64,000 bases of DNA from Lama guanicoe (GCA_013239625.1 MU057352.1:27172764-27236763), one strand, 5' to 3'. Numbered from the stretch's first letter, positions 13,903 to 24,737 are shown. The notes: a model not told the origin generated them from the sequence alone. Program-made: numbers and translations.

Positions 13903-13935
13903 GGCAGTTTCCACGGCAGCCGGTAGGGGGCGGTG
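13903..13935 (+). promoter_or_regulatory. CTCF binding site (core plus upstream motif)
   Basis: Core CCGGTAGGGGGCGGTG (13920-13935) fits CCRSYAGRKGGCRSYR at all positions; GGCAGTTTCC at 13903 resembles the upstream TGCAG module at plausible spacing. Confidence 0.7.
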
Positions 13936-15825
13936 TACCTTGCTTTTTTCGAACCTCCGGACAGCTCTCCCGCAGCTCCCGAGAAAGAAACCCAGGCGGA
14001 TCCGCCTGCAGCTTCGAAAAACAGCCCATCTTTGAGCCCAGCACGTAGTAGGTGCGCAAGGTATGTCCAGAAACCAAAAGGGCTTGACCGGGTAGACGGA
14101 TGTGAATTAAATATTAAACGTGAGGAGAAAGAGGGAAGGGATGTCCAGACCCCGGCCAGCCCCTTCCCCTGTAGGGGACTTTTCAAACAGCCTTCGGAAC
14201 CTACTGTGTGCCAGGCACGACAGCTGGACAACGTCGTTCACCGCCTATCTCATTTTTCCCGCTGCCAACACATACACACACACCCCCACACACACCCACA
14301 CACACACACACGCAGCCGCAGAGCGGGAGTGGATGCTCGCTGTCTCCCTGAGGAACCATCTCGGCACAAATCCGCGTGGCGTGGGGCCCTTGAGGGGGGT
14401 GATCTGGAAGAGGCGAGGAGTTCCCCGGCCGTGGGCACGTGAAAGCCAGGAGGATGACTGATGCGGTAACGCAGCGAGGAGGTTACTGTCCTCAGGGTCA
14501 AGGTTGTTTCCCTCTTTGGGACACAGAGCCCGCGAGACGCAGTGACACGCCCAGCCCCCACCCACTCACACGCTTCTGGGCGAGCTGGTGTCCACTTGCC
14601 CAGCGCCCGCACCGAGCCTGGCGCGTGCTAGGCGCTGGCTGGGACCCTCGGGTAGGAGGGAGAGGAGACTCGGTCTCTAGCGGACGAGAGGAACCAGGAC
14701 GATCCCAACACGCTTCCCAGGAGACCGGGCCGCGGGATGAGGCGAAGGCGCCCCGGGGGCATAACTGCCCAGCTGGGGCGCAGCCTCAATCCTCATCTCA
14801 AGTTCAGCCGCGCTTCCTCCCGCAAGGTCAAGCTCAAACACACTCACGCTCAGTGAAAGAAGGAGCTCAAAGTTGCGCCACTGTCCCGATTCCGAATCTG
14901 GCTGTACCCACACGGCTCCCCCGCTCCTGCGCTCTCCCAAGGAGCGGCCCCTGTCCCGCGCAGGTCGCACACCCGAGACGCAGACAAGTTGCTAACTTTT
15001 GTCAGATTATTTCGCGGCAGCTGCGGCGCCTAACGGGATTGGGGCGGACTCAGGAGTTTCGAGTTGCCACGAGCACCACCCCCGCCACGCTCCGCTTCGC
15101 CCACCCGGGGCCCTCCCTGCCCACCACGCCACGTCCAGCTGCCCCGTCCCGGGTGCCAACCTCTCCACCATATCCGGAGCAACGCGGGCCGGCGGTGTCC
15201 CCGGGGGTTATGGCCACCTCCCAGATCTGCGGCTGCTCGCAGCGGATTTGGAAGCTGGCTCCGGATACCATCCCGTGGCCGCTAGACCGGATCACTTGGT
15301 GGCCTCCGCGCGCCCCCACACTCCCCAGGCTCCGCTCTAAAGAGCCAGAGCCCTGCCGCCTGGTGGGGTCTCATCCCACCCGCGGCCCCTCTGGCGGCTC
15401 CACCTTTAGGCGGCCCCGACCCGAGAGATGCAGGCCGGCGCCGGGTGCAATGTCACTGGGGCCACCGCAGGGACCGCTGCCCTAGACCCAGGGTAGGCTC
15501 CCCGTTGGGCTCCTGGCAGCTCTTCTTGAAACCACTGAAGATCCTTGAGCCCGACCCTCCTGCCCGACCTTCGTCCTCTCCCCAAAACCCCGGCGGCGCT
15601 GCTGCTAAGAGGTCTCCCCTACGTGTGTCTTCCTCCCTCCCGGCGCCCGGGGTCTTCAATCTACTTCCACCCTCCTGTCACACCCTCCTGGATCCTTCCC
15701 CACCACTTCTGTCCCCGGCTCCGGGCAATCACTCCTCCACTCAGAGAACACACACGGAACTGCCCGAGCCCCAACTCCGGCGGACGCAGCCCCCCGCGCA
15801 CCCCCGGCCCCGCGCGCTCACTCAC

Positions 15826-16070
15826 CGTGGCTGGAGACACGCGGAAGTTTCCGGGGCTTGAGGCGATGAGAGGACTCGGAGAAGAATAAAAGGTGGGTGT
15901 CCGGGATACTCGCCCCCTTCCCAGCTCACATAGCCCTTTCCTTCTCTCTCTCCTCCTCCTCTTCCTCTCCGTCCTCCTCTTCCTCCTCCCCCTGGTCTTT
16001 GTCTTTGCAAAGTGTCGAAACTGTCTGGCATAGTGGAGCTCCGCCGGCGGAGGCTGGAGCCGGGGAAGCG
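15826..16070 (-). other. Probable first (5') exon ending at a strong splice donor; TSS not determinable
   Basis: Minus strand reads CCACG|GTGAGTGAG with the last exon base at 15826; purine-rich GA/GGA leader; lies inside the CpG island; upstream boundary is a guess. Confidence 0.6.
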
Positions 16071-16238
16071 GGGAGGCGGGGTGAGGATGGGAGCGGTCTC
16101 GGGAACACCTTCCCCCGGGTGTAACGGGAGGGGGAGGCGGGCCGGCCGGGGAGGGGCCCGCCGGGGCCGAGGGCTGGGGCGCGCCAGAGCGGGGCGGGCG
16201 TCTCCGCTGCGCGCGGCCCTCCCCTTCCTCCTCCTCAC

Positions 16239-16430
16239 CCGGGCTCGGCTCGGCTTTCCCCTGGCTCCGGGCTGCCTGCGAGCCCAAGATAGAGCTCCGA
16301 GCCACGTGGACTGCTGCCGGCTCGGCGGAGGCCCGGCCCGGGAGACACCAGAGGCGGCGCGGGGAGCGGATCGTCGCTCGGAGAGGGGCTCTGCGCGGAC
16401 AGCTCCACGACACTTCGCGCGGAGGCCGCT
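16239..16430 (-). other. Possible alternative upstream first exon
   Basis: Minus strand reads GAGCCCGG|GTGAGG with the last exon base at 16239; inside the CpG island; upstream boundary is a guess. Confidence 0.45.
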
Positions 16431-17269
16431 GCCTTCAAGCTGGCAGAGCAGGGAAGAGCGGCCAGGTGGCCCGGGGCCCCGTGGGGTCAGCCCCGCGGAG
16501 GAGGTGACGGGCGCCCACCGAGAGGACGTGGCGGTGCTCCGAAGAGCCCGAATCGGGTGCACGGTAGCGGGAAGGGGCCGATCCCCCTGCCGGTGGCTGG
16601 GCCAAGCCACCGACTTCCTCCAAGGGAGCGGGACTGGCCGTGGGATTCAGGGAGACGGAGGGGAGGAGCGGAGCTGGAGCACTGGTGAGGCCCCGGCCGG
16701 GGCCCAACTCTGAGCCGCTGAGCGGCCACTGCAGCCCTGCCCCCGCCCCGGCCCGCCTGCCCGCCGCGGTATTTTCCTCCCAGATGGAGAGGCTGCAACG
16801 CCGTCCAGAGCTGGGCAAGCTCGCGGCAGCTGGACCCCAGGCAGGAGCCAGCTCCAAGGCTGCCTGGGACTGGGGCTTAGGGGGCCGGGCCCCCTTTCGG
16901 GGTCAGCATTGCGGGGTTTTATTGCCCTTCCTCCTTTATAGGGAGGTAGGGACGGTGGAGACATCTTGCTCAGTGGCAGAATGCCATCTTAGAGGCTTAA
17001 GAGCTGCACGCACGATTTTAGAGGCATTACCGAAAAAAATTTGGTTTTACAGCTCTTATTTCCTTATTAGGACTTTCCTTCTTTCTCAACTTTTCCGAGA
17101 AATCCTAAGAGGAGAGAGGCACAGCTTGGCCTAGGGGCCAGTTAATTCTTCCAGCTTCCACTGCCTCAGTCGGAGAGGTCAGCCTTCTGCTGTGGAAGTA
17201 GAGCGAGCTTCTTAACCCGTCACTCGTCGGAGGGATGTGTGGTACCTGCTTCAGACCAGGGCCAGCTGC

Positions 17270-17500
17270 CCCAGGCTTGGTTCACACCCTGCACTGCCCC
17301 TCACCGGATGTGTGATCTTAGGCTACTTCCAGAATCCCTAAGCTTACTATAAGCTCGGTGCCTCAGTTTCTTGCCCTGTGGAAATGGGCTTTAAGACTAG
17401 CTGTCTCGAAATGTTGCTGTGATGAGTAAATGAATTCAGACATGTTCAATCCTAAAAACTGTACAGAGCCTACAGTAAGTGCTCAAGAAAAGTGAGTTGT
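17270..17500 (+). mobile_element. MIR SINE
   Basis: TGTGTGATCTTAGGC...GCCTCAGTTTC...CAGTAAGTGCTCAA. Confidence 0.7.
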
Positions 17501-18920
17501 GCCAATGGCAGACTCCTCTAGCACCAGGTTCCTGCCCACAGCTAGGGGAGGCCTGTCCCAGAGGGTGAGGTGGCCGTGTTGGAAATTCCCCTGGGACTTG
17601 GGGGGAGCAAAGGAGAGCTATTCAGAGAAGTAGAAGAGATAACAATGAAAAGGGGCAGGGGAGAGAGTGAGACAGTTCACTACTAGGAGGGGAGCAGAGA
17701 TGTGCAACGGGCAAGAGTCGGGGGAGAGGGGCGGGGGAGCCAAAACAAAAAGCATGTGGATCTGCAAGAATTCTTCAAGGAGCCCTGCCAGTCTGCACCA
17801 GGGACCTGCCGCCTGTCTTAAGTTTCCCACCCTCCGTGAGTTTGAGAGGAAAATTTTGGGTGTTTCATGACCGATTCTGAGACCTCTTGCCTGATCCCAT
17901 TCGCTTTTGTTTCATTTGTAGAAGGGGGTAGAGGTGAACCTTTTGGCCTGCCTGAAAGCATCTTGTGCACTTTGCTCTTTCTGATACGTGAATCAGGATG
18001 TTTACCACACTTGCCGTTCCCCAGAATCCTCTAGTGTGTGGAATGAGGGGAGCAGAGAGGGTTCCTGGGAGCATCAACTACTACTCTCCCTGCAGAAGCA
18101 TCTTCCAGACAAGGGAACCTTCTGACATAGACCTCTCAGACTCAGCACCATGGGGGGTGGCTCAGAGCATCATCTGGGTCCAAATTATCATCCAAAATAC
18201 AAGAGTGGTCATCTTGCTGTCCTCACAGGGGCAACTGCCTGCAGTGCCCTGTTGATTTTCGTGATTATATAGTTGGTGGCCTTTGCCTTCTGATTTGACT
18301 CAGCTAGCTGTGGACAGGGAATGCGTTGGGTTTTGCTCCCTGCTGACCATAGCACCCATCTCATGCCAGTCACATGCTAAATTCTCAATAAAGAGTTCCT
18401 GGATGAGTTAATTTTAAAAAGCGTTATTTATTGCAAGCATCAAATAATGTAATGGACAGAAAAACACTTTGAAAAATGGAAAATGCTACAGTCATATCCT
18501 CTTACATCCCAGTAGATTCTGGACAGAGGACGAGATTGGGCAAGTTAGTGACTGCAGATCATCCGCTGTTCTGCTTTGCAGCCAAGACTCAAAAGTCAGT
18601 CCTCAGTTTCAGCCCTGGGTTCTTGGCAGTTCCCCTGGATGACTCTACAGTGAGGTGGAAAGTTCTTATTAAGTGACTCTGTGGTGAAACATCCCTAAAA
18701 CATGACCTTATCGATATAAAATATGAACAGCAGACATTTTTCCCCCAGTCGCTGATGGGTTAACCTGGCAAGACTCTTTCTAGCCCCACTTCCTTTCTTT
18801 TTACGATATATTTTTCACCAGCTAGCAGAGAAGTCTTCTCTCTCTCATTCTCCTCTTTTTTTCTAGAGATGTGATATTTTAGGAAAGCACTTCTGATGCC
18901 CCGGCCCATTTCCAGGACCC

Positions 18921-18960
18921 CAGATCTGGGGCTCCGTGTCAGATCTGGGGCTCCGTGTCA
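18921..18960. repeat. Perfect 19-bp tandem duplication
   Basis: CAGATCTGGGGCTCCGTGT x2 (18921-18939, 18940-18958) plus CA. Confidence 0.95.
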
Positions 18961-19389
18961 AAGACGTGTGTCTGCAAACGTTCTTCCTTCTCTCCCTGAG
19001 TGTGTCTCTCCAACTGGTAACAGTCGCAGCTGGAGTGCCTGCACAGTGAGTTCCCGGGGGAGCTCTGACATTGATTTAACACTCACCACCACCCCACCCC
19101 ACCCCCACGACGTTTTCAGAGCAACAGCAAAGCTCTCAGTATGAATGGTTAAGGGAATTGATTTCATCTTTTCCCCATGCCCTTTCTTGGCACACCAGAG
19201 TGGAAAGATCCTAATGGGTTTGGATGCCATCTGGGTGATTGTGCAGAAAAGGCAAGAGCTGCCTTGCTTGTCGAAGGTGAGTCCAGAGCTGCTGGCCACG
19301 TGGTGTTTTGTTCTGGGCAGCATTTTACTTCAGGTTCTTGGGGCTGTGAGGCCCTGGCCCAGCTTCCCTTAGATAAAAAGAAGTGATGT

Positions 19390-19600
19390 GCGCCACTGTG
19401 TATAAAACAGATGAACAATAAGGACCTGCTGTATAGCACAGGGAACTGTATTCCATTTCTTTTAATAATGTACAATGGAAAGAACCTGAAAAGAAAATAC
19501 ATATCTGTATGTATATGTATAACTGAATCACTTTGCTGGGACACTTGGAACTAATACTTTAAATCAACTACACTTCAATAAAAAATGTGTTTAAAAAAAA
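19390..19600 (+). mobile_element. 5'-truncated L1 3' end (cetartiodactyl-type)
   Basis: AAGGACCTGCTGTATAGCACAGGGAACT...ATAACTGAATCACTTTGCTG...AAATCAACTACACTTCAATAAAAAA; flanked by AAGTGATGT / AAGTGACGT. Confidence 0.9.
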
Positions 19601-20424
19601 AAGTGACGTAGGGATGTACAGACTGACCCTGAAAGTGGGGGGCCAGGAGGAGGAAGGCAGCTTGTCTCTCTGGCTCTGGCCCCTCTGTCTCTCTTCTTGC
19701 CCCCTCCCTTCTCACTCTGCTCCACTCTCTCCCAGCCCATAGACTTTCTCTGTTAAGTCCTGGGATCGGTCCTGAAAGTTTTCTGCGTGTTTGTGGCCCC
19801 AGCCCCACCACAGCCAACATCGTGGCAATGGTCAAAATAATCCTATCAGCTTCTCTTCCACTGTTGCCCCACTCTGGGTTTTAGTTTTTCCAGGAGCGGA
19901 GTCTGATTGGCAGACCTCGCTCTGTTGGAGGTCAATAACCCAAGTGCCCAGGCAACAGGTGCTCAGCCTCAAGAGAACCTCATGTCCTTAAACACCTCAA
20001 GAGTAAACATGTGGAAGGAGGGCTGTACAGGAGGTTTTGCAATTCAGGGAATGCGGGCCCCACGGTCCTTAAGTCTCCTTCCAACCTTGACAATCTTGAG
20101 GCGTTCGCGTCAGCAGAGGCGATAAACAGCCACACACAACACCAGTCACAGATTAGATCCCACAGCTGAGGCAGCTGACGAGTCTTGTCCAATCATGACT
20201 CCCCTAATCTCTTTGCCAGAATTTGGCTCAGGAGTAAGTAGACTGAATCCCTGTGTGGATCAACAAGATTGAGAGAAATATACTTGGGTCTTGAAGGAAA
20301 GAAGTTCTTAAATGTAAGCCCTGGGAAGCTTCTCTTTATTTCCAACCGGACATGAACAAGAAAGTATTTTTTACTCAGTTTCTCTGGAAGACATCCCATG
20401 CACATGAGGGAACCCAAATTAAAG

Positions 20425-20555
20425 CTAAGTAGATCCAGAGCCCAGATCACACCATGTCTGAAGCCTACCTTCTAGCCTTTCTTTTGTATGTGTCAATACA
20501 ATTATTTTGTTCAGGCCACTTTAGATCATAGTTCTATTACTTGCAGCCAGTCACT
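20425..20555 (+). mobile_element. Old MaLR LTR 3' fragment (MLT1-like)
   Basis: CCAGATCACACCATGTCTGAAGCC...TTCTATTACTTGCAGCC terminus. Confidence 0.55.
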
Positions 20556-21073
20556 CAATAAACCTGTATGCAACTACAGCCAGGATTATCTTCCCTAAGT
20601 CCCCCTTAAGGAAAGTCATTCCCCCAAGTCACTCCCAAATTAAAACCCTTGAACCTTCAATGGCTCCCATTGCTTTGGGAAGTAAATCCAAACTTCAGAG
20701 CCTAGCAATCAAAGTCCTCCTTGATGTGGTCCCAATGTATGTTTCTCACTTGTTTTCCTTCACTGTTCCTCTTTATAAACCCCACATAGCAGACATGACT
20801 CAGCCCAGGAGCTCTGGTGAAATTCCGTGTTAGTATGGCCTTGAAATCAACGTAGATCTCCATGTGGCTGGGCTGGAGAAGATTTCCCTAACATCCAGCA
20901 TGGGGCTTTTCAACCCTTGAGATTGCAAAGATCCAGAGATCTAATGCAGGGCCCGGTAAGAGGGAGCTCTGCTTCTTAGTGGCACTCAGTATACCAGCAC
21001 AGTCTCCCTCTGCCAGACCCACACAGGACCGTGGTTCCTAAACACCCTTGTCCTGCGGTCCAGTGTCCCTGGA

Positions 21074-21503
21074 TGTCTTAGTTTCCCAGGGCTTCCAGAA
21101 CAAATAACCACAAACTGGGTGGCCAAAAACAGCAGAAATTTATTTTCTCACAGTTCAGGAGGCCAGAAGTCTGAAATCAAGGTGTCAGCAGGATTGGTTC
21201 CTTTTGGATGTTCTGAGAGAATCCGTCTCCTGTCTGTCTCCCAGCTTCTGATGGCTTTTGGCAATCCATGGCCTTCCTTGGCTTGGAGAAGCATCACTTT
21301 GGTCCCTGCCCGTATCTTCACCTGGATGTGTGTGTGTCTGTATATGTCTTCTCCTCTTAGAAGAACACCAGGACTTAGGGCCCACCCTATAGTAGCATAA
21401 TCTCATCTCAGTTTATTTAACTACATGTACAATTAAGATTACACTCTGAGGTTCCTGGGGGAACGTGAATTTGGCGGGGGAGGCCCATCTAACTCTCTAT
21501 AGC
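21074..21503 (-). mobile_element. MaLR solo LTR (MLT1C-like)
   Basis: TGTCTTAGTTTCC...ACCACAAACTGGGTGG...AGAAATTTATTTTCTCACAGTTC...GGAGGCCAGAAGTCTGAAATCAAGGTGTCAGCAGG. Confidence 0.85.
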
Positions 21504-21787
21504 AGGGGTGCTACACCTGCCTGCTCACCTCTCTCGAGAGCTCCACCCTCCATGGAGCGCCAGCTGACCTCCAGCCTCAGAGATCCTTTTTGTCACTTTC
21601 CCACCTAGTGTTCTCCACGCTTCTCTCCTTTTCCTATGTAAGTGGATTTCAACGAAATCCTACTTTTAATTTTCCCTTTGCTAAAAGGTTTTGAAGAAAG
21701 GAAATATCCAAGGCATGGCTTGAAATGGGGAAAATGGGAACAGAGAGGGGACAGAAGCCATGAACTAATATTTAAATAGGGTGTCCT

Positions 21788-22100
21788 TGAACTTATTTAC
21801 GAAACAGAAACAGGCTTACAGACAGAAAACAAACTTCTGGCGGTGGGGAGGGTGTTGCTCGGTGGTAGAGTGCATGCTTAGCATGCGCCGGGTCCTGGGT
21901 TCAAACCTAGGACCTCTATTTAAATAAATAACTAAAGCTAATTGCCCCCTCCCCCCACAAAACAAACAAACAAAAAACCAAACAAACCAAAAATACAATA
22001 CAGACTTGTAGTTGACTACTTTGTAACACATATTATAGGATATTTAATATCCTGTAGTAACCCATAATGAAAAAGAATACAAAGAAGGATAAAAAATAAA
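21788..22100 (+). mobile_element. TSD-bounded insertion: L1 3'UTR fragment + SINE + L1 3'UTR fragment + A-rich tail
   Basis: GAACTTATTTACGAAACAGAAACAGGCTTACAGAC and ATATCCTGTAGTAACCCATAATGAAAAAGAAT resemble cetartiodactyl L1 3'UTR; perfect 15-bp TSD TAAATAGGGTGTCCT at 21773-21787 and 22101-22115. Confidence 0.8.
21845..21995 (+). mobile_element. tRNA-derived SINE (Vic-1-like) nested in an L1 3'UTR fragment
   Basis: GGGGAGGGTGTTGCTCGGTGGTAGAGTGCATGCTTAGCATGC...GGGTTCAAACC, followed by a C-run and (AAAC)n tail. Confidence 0.9.
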
Positions 22101-22636
22101 TAAATAGGGTGTCCTGCCATGCCCGTCACACCTGTGTTCTGCACGCATTGCCAGTCGTCTAGAAAACCCGCCTCCAGGCTCTGCTTGTGGACTGTTGGTG
22201 TCCGAGAAGGCTGTGAATCAGCCTGCACGGTTTTCTAGGTGGAGTAGACGGGCTGCCCCCATGTGAAGCTGTTACTGCTAATCCGTTGTTCCCTGTGCAG
22301 TTTTTGTCTCCTTCCTTTATGAAACCCTACTGTGTCTTTCTCAGAATCTGTTGTTATTCCTTTGTACATCTGTAGTTTATTTGCATATTAAGCTGCATTT
22401 CCAGCCAGATGGGAAGGTCCTGGAGGAAAGGCATGATCATTTACTTTACTCAACAAAAATGTACTGAGCGCCTACTACGTGTCAGACACTGTGCTGCAGG
22501 CTGGGGACGAGCAGGACACAGCTCCAGTCCTGTTGCAGCCACGCTCCGCGGGGCATGGACGGGGTGCTGGTTGTTTCACCACACTTGGGCAGCTGTGATA
22601 GGCTAACGAGTGGGTGTAGTAAGGTCACTTACGGGT

Positions 22637-23060
22637 TGTTGGTTTGCAACCTTGGGAACTTCCCAGGTGAAACCTGAAACCAGTGCGATACATGGAAACA
22701 AGGAGAGACCAAAGAAAGAGGCAGATACTCCAGATTCATAGGTGGTAGCTTTCACAAGCAGGGAAACTTACTTATGAGGCTCATTTCGGGCAGCAAGATG
22801 AGCAGATCTCTGCACCTGCCTGCCAGAATCTTAAGAGTTTATAGAGAAGCCTTAACGGGGGTCAGTTACCTATGCCATCCCCAGGGACAGGACAACGCAT
22901 GCACTCTCAGGGCTGTGTCCTTGAAAACGGCTCCCACTGTGGGGATGGCGGGCAGAGCGTATGTCCCAGGGACGAGGGCGGGGATGAGGAGCCTTCGATT
23001 GCCTGGGTCCAGCTCACAGGTCAGCCGGAGGTTACGTCCTCTCAGTGACCTCCTCCAACA
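22637..23060 (-). mobile_element. ERV solo LTR (probably ERVL class; family not assigned)
   Basis: 424 bp bounded by inverted TGTTGG...CCAACA; minus-strand CTATAAA box at 22838-22844 followed by a pyrimidine-rich U5-like segment; no clear TSD. Confidence 0.75.
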
Positions 23061-23414
23061 TTTTTTTTTATGTCTGGCTTTACAAAGCCACATAGCCTTG
23101 GGCAGTCGCATTTTCAGGACTGAGTTGCAAGACCCGGGAAATGCCAGATTCACAGGCAACGGGTGGTGGTGGAGACTAGGCGTGGCTGTGATCACTTGGG
23201 GACATTGTGAGGAATGACAAGAGGGAGGAGGATGGAGCCCCGAGGACATGGGGATTGTCAGTAAATGTTTATGGGATAAATAATTTCTTCAAGAACCTGA
23301 CTCTTTTGATAGCCCTCCCAGGTTAGTGGTTCTTCAGTCTGGCTCCAGGCAGGAGAATGACCGCAGTTATCTGAGTCTCAGCTTCGTCCTGGAGCCAAAT
23401 AAGGAAACTTCAGA

Positions 23415-23600
23415 GTTTGCTTCTCAAACTTCAGTGTGCACAGGAGGACTCTAGGAGGCTTATTTGAAACATAGACTCCCGGGTTCCATTCCCAGAGATC
23501 TGGAATTCAGCAGACCTGCAGGAGGGTCCCAGAGTTTGCCTTTTTAAACAACTTCTGTCTGTAATACAGCCGTAGACGTGGGTGGACCACAAAGTACTCG
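23415..23600. mobile_element. hAT-Charlie MITE (MER5-like)
   Basis: TTCTCAAACTTCAGTGTGCA...CCCAGAGATCTGGAATTCAGCAG...TTTTAAACAAC. Confidence 0.7.
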
Positions 23601-24044
23601 GCCACTCAGCCGTAAATCCCTGTGAAGCCACGGACACAGTCTTTTTGTCAAGATGTCCTGTCTCCAAGTCCTGGCCCTGCTATTTTGTAACCACCTGACT
23701 TCTCACAGTTTCCTTCTACTGATATCAATTTTCATCTGTACAATTAGGAGTTTGAGTTAAAACAATGTTCTCAAACTGTGCTGCATGGGACATGAGGGGA
23801 TTCCACATTGGGTTCCCACCTGCATTGATCCATTTAAGAAATATTCATTGGACATTGGCTCTGGGATGGATTTTGGCCTGGATACTGGGTTATGACAGAA
23901 TCAGTGATTGATTATCGTTAGGAGAGGTACCTCAAAAGAGAAGCAAAGAAGGGATAAGAGAGGGAACCCACAAAGGTGGTTTAAATTGTTGTGCGCACTC
24001 TTCCTTGGGTTGCCATTTGGACAAGCCGTTCCCAGGACTGAAGT

Positions 24045-24737
24045 TGAAATGGAGCAGGACCTTATGGGGCCTACCCAGGGCAGATACCCACCCCCTATTT
24101 CCTCCACTTGCCTCTTGTCCATAGAATAACTTTAGTCAAAGAATAAGTTTAATCAGAGAAATAAGAAAATACAGAAACAAAGGGAAACAGTCAAGCAAAA
24201 CAAAATAATGAAAGTCAGTCATTCAACAAAGTCAAAGACCTTTAGTTCCTCCTTAAGGTTCTGTAGATGATATTCTGAGCCATGTCCTTCGAGCTGTTTT
24301 GTAGCGACTGAAACCCCCACCAGGTGGAAGAAGTTAACTGCATGATGACCAGACTGTAGCCATGACAGAAGCTGCCGTTATTTTGAGGACTGGCTTCAAA
24401 GAAATGGGAAAAAACTGGCCCTGGAACTGAAAAAAACCTGTACTTAAAACATCAAGATGAGGCTGATCAGACACTGCATGACTAACTTCAAAATGACTGT
24501 CAGAGCTGCCTGAGCTCTTCTGCGTGCAGCCCCTCCCTCCGCCTGTGTACCTCTGAAACCCCCTTTCAGAAGCCCTTGCCCACTAACCAGCAGGGGAGTG
24601 ATGCCTCTGGATACAAGTCTGCCCTCTCCCGCCCAGTTGCCAGCCTCCGGAATAAGCAAACTTTCCTTTCTACGAACACTTGCCTTTCTAGTATTGGCTT
24701 TAGAGCAGTGAGCAGCCGGACCTGAGTTTTGGTAACG
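24045..24737 (+). mobile_element. ERV1-type solo LTR (~690 bp)
   Basis: Starts TGAAATGGAGCAGGACC, A-rich U3, degenerate polyA signal near 24651 (AATAAGCAAACTTTCCTTT), ends ...GAGCAGCCGGACCTGAGTTTTGGTAAC. Confidence 0.8.

Larger units (their letters stand above)
13760..16910. promoter_or_regulatory. CpG island / promoter of an unidentified gene, probably transcribed on the minus strand
   Basis: Abrupt rise in GC content and CpG density against CpG-depleted flanks; many GC boxes (e.g. 16130-16200, 16740-16770); minus-strand splice donors inside it. Confidence 0.9.

Noticed and set aside
14439-15485. 348-aa plus-strand ORF and other long overlapping ORFs (13933-17134) in the CpG island
   Set aside because: Pro/Arg/Gly/Ala-rich frames are open on both strands because GC-rich DNA lacks stop codons; no recognisable domain.
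13760-16910. Assigning a gene symbol to the CpG-island gene
   Set aside because: No coding exon I can recognise lies in the window; any name would be a guess without a BLAST search.
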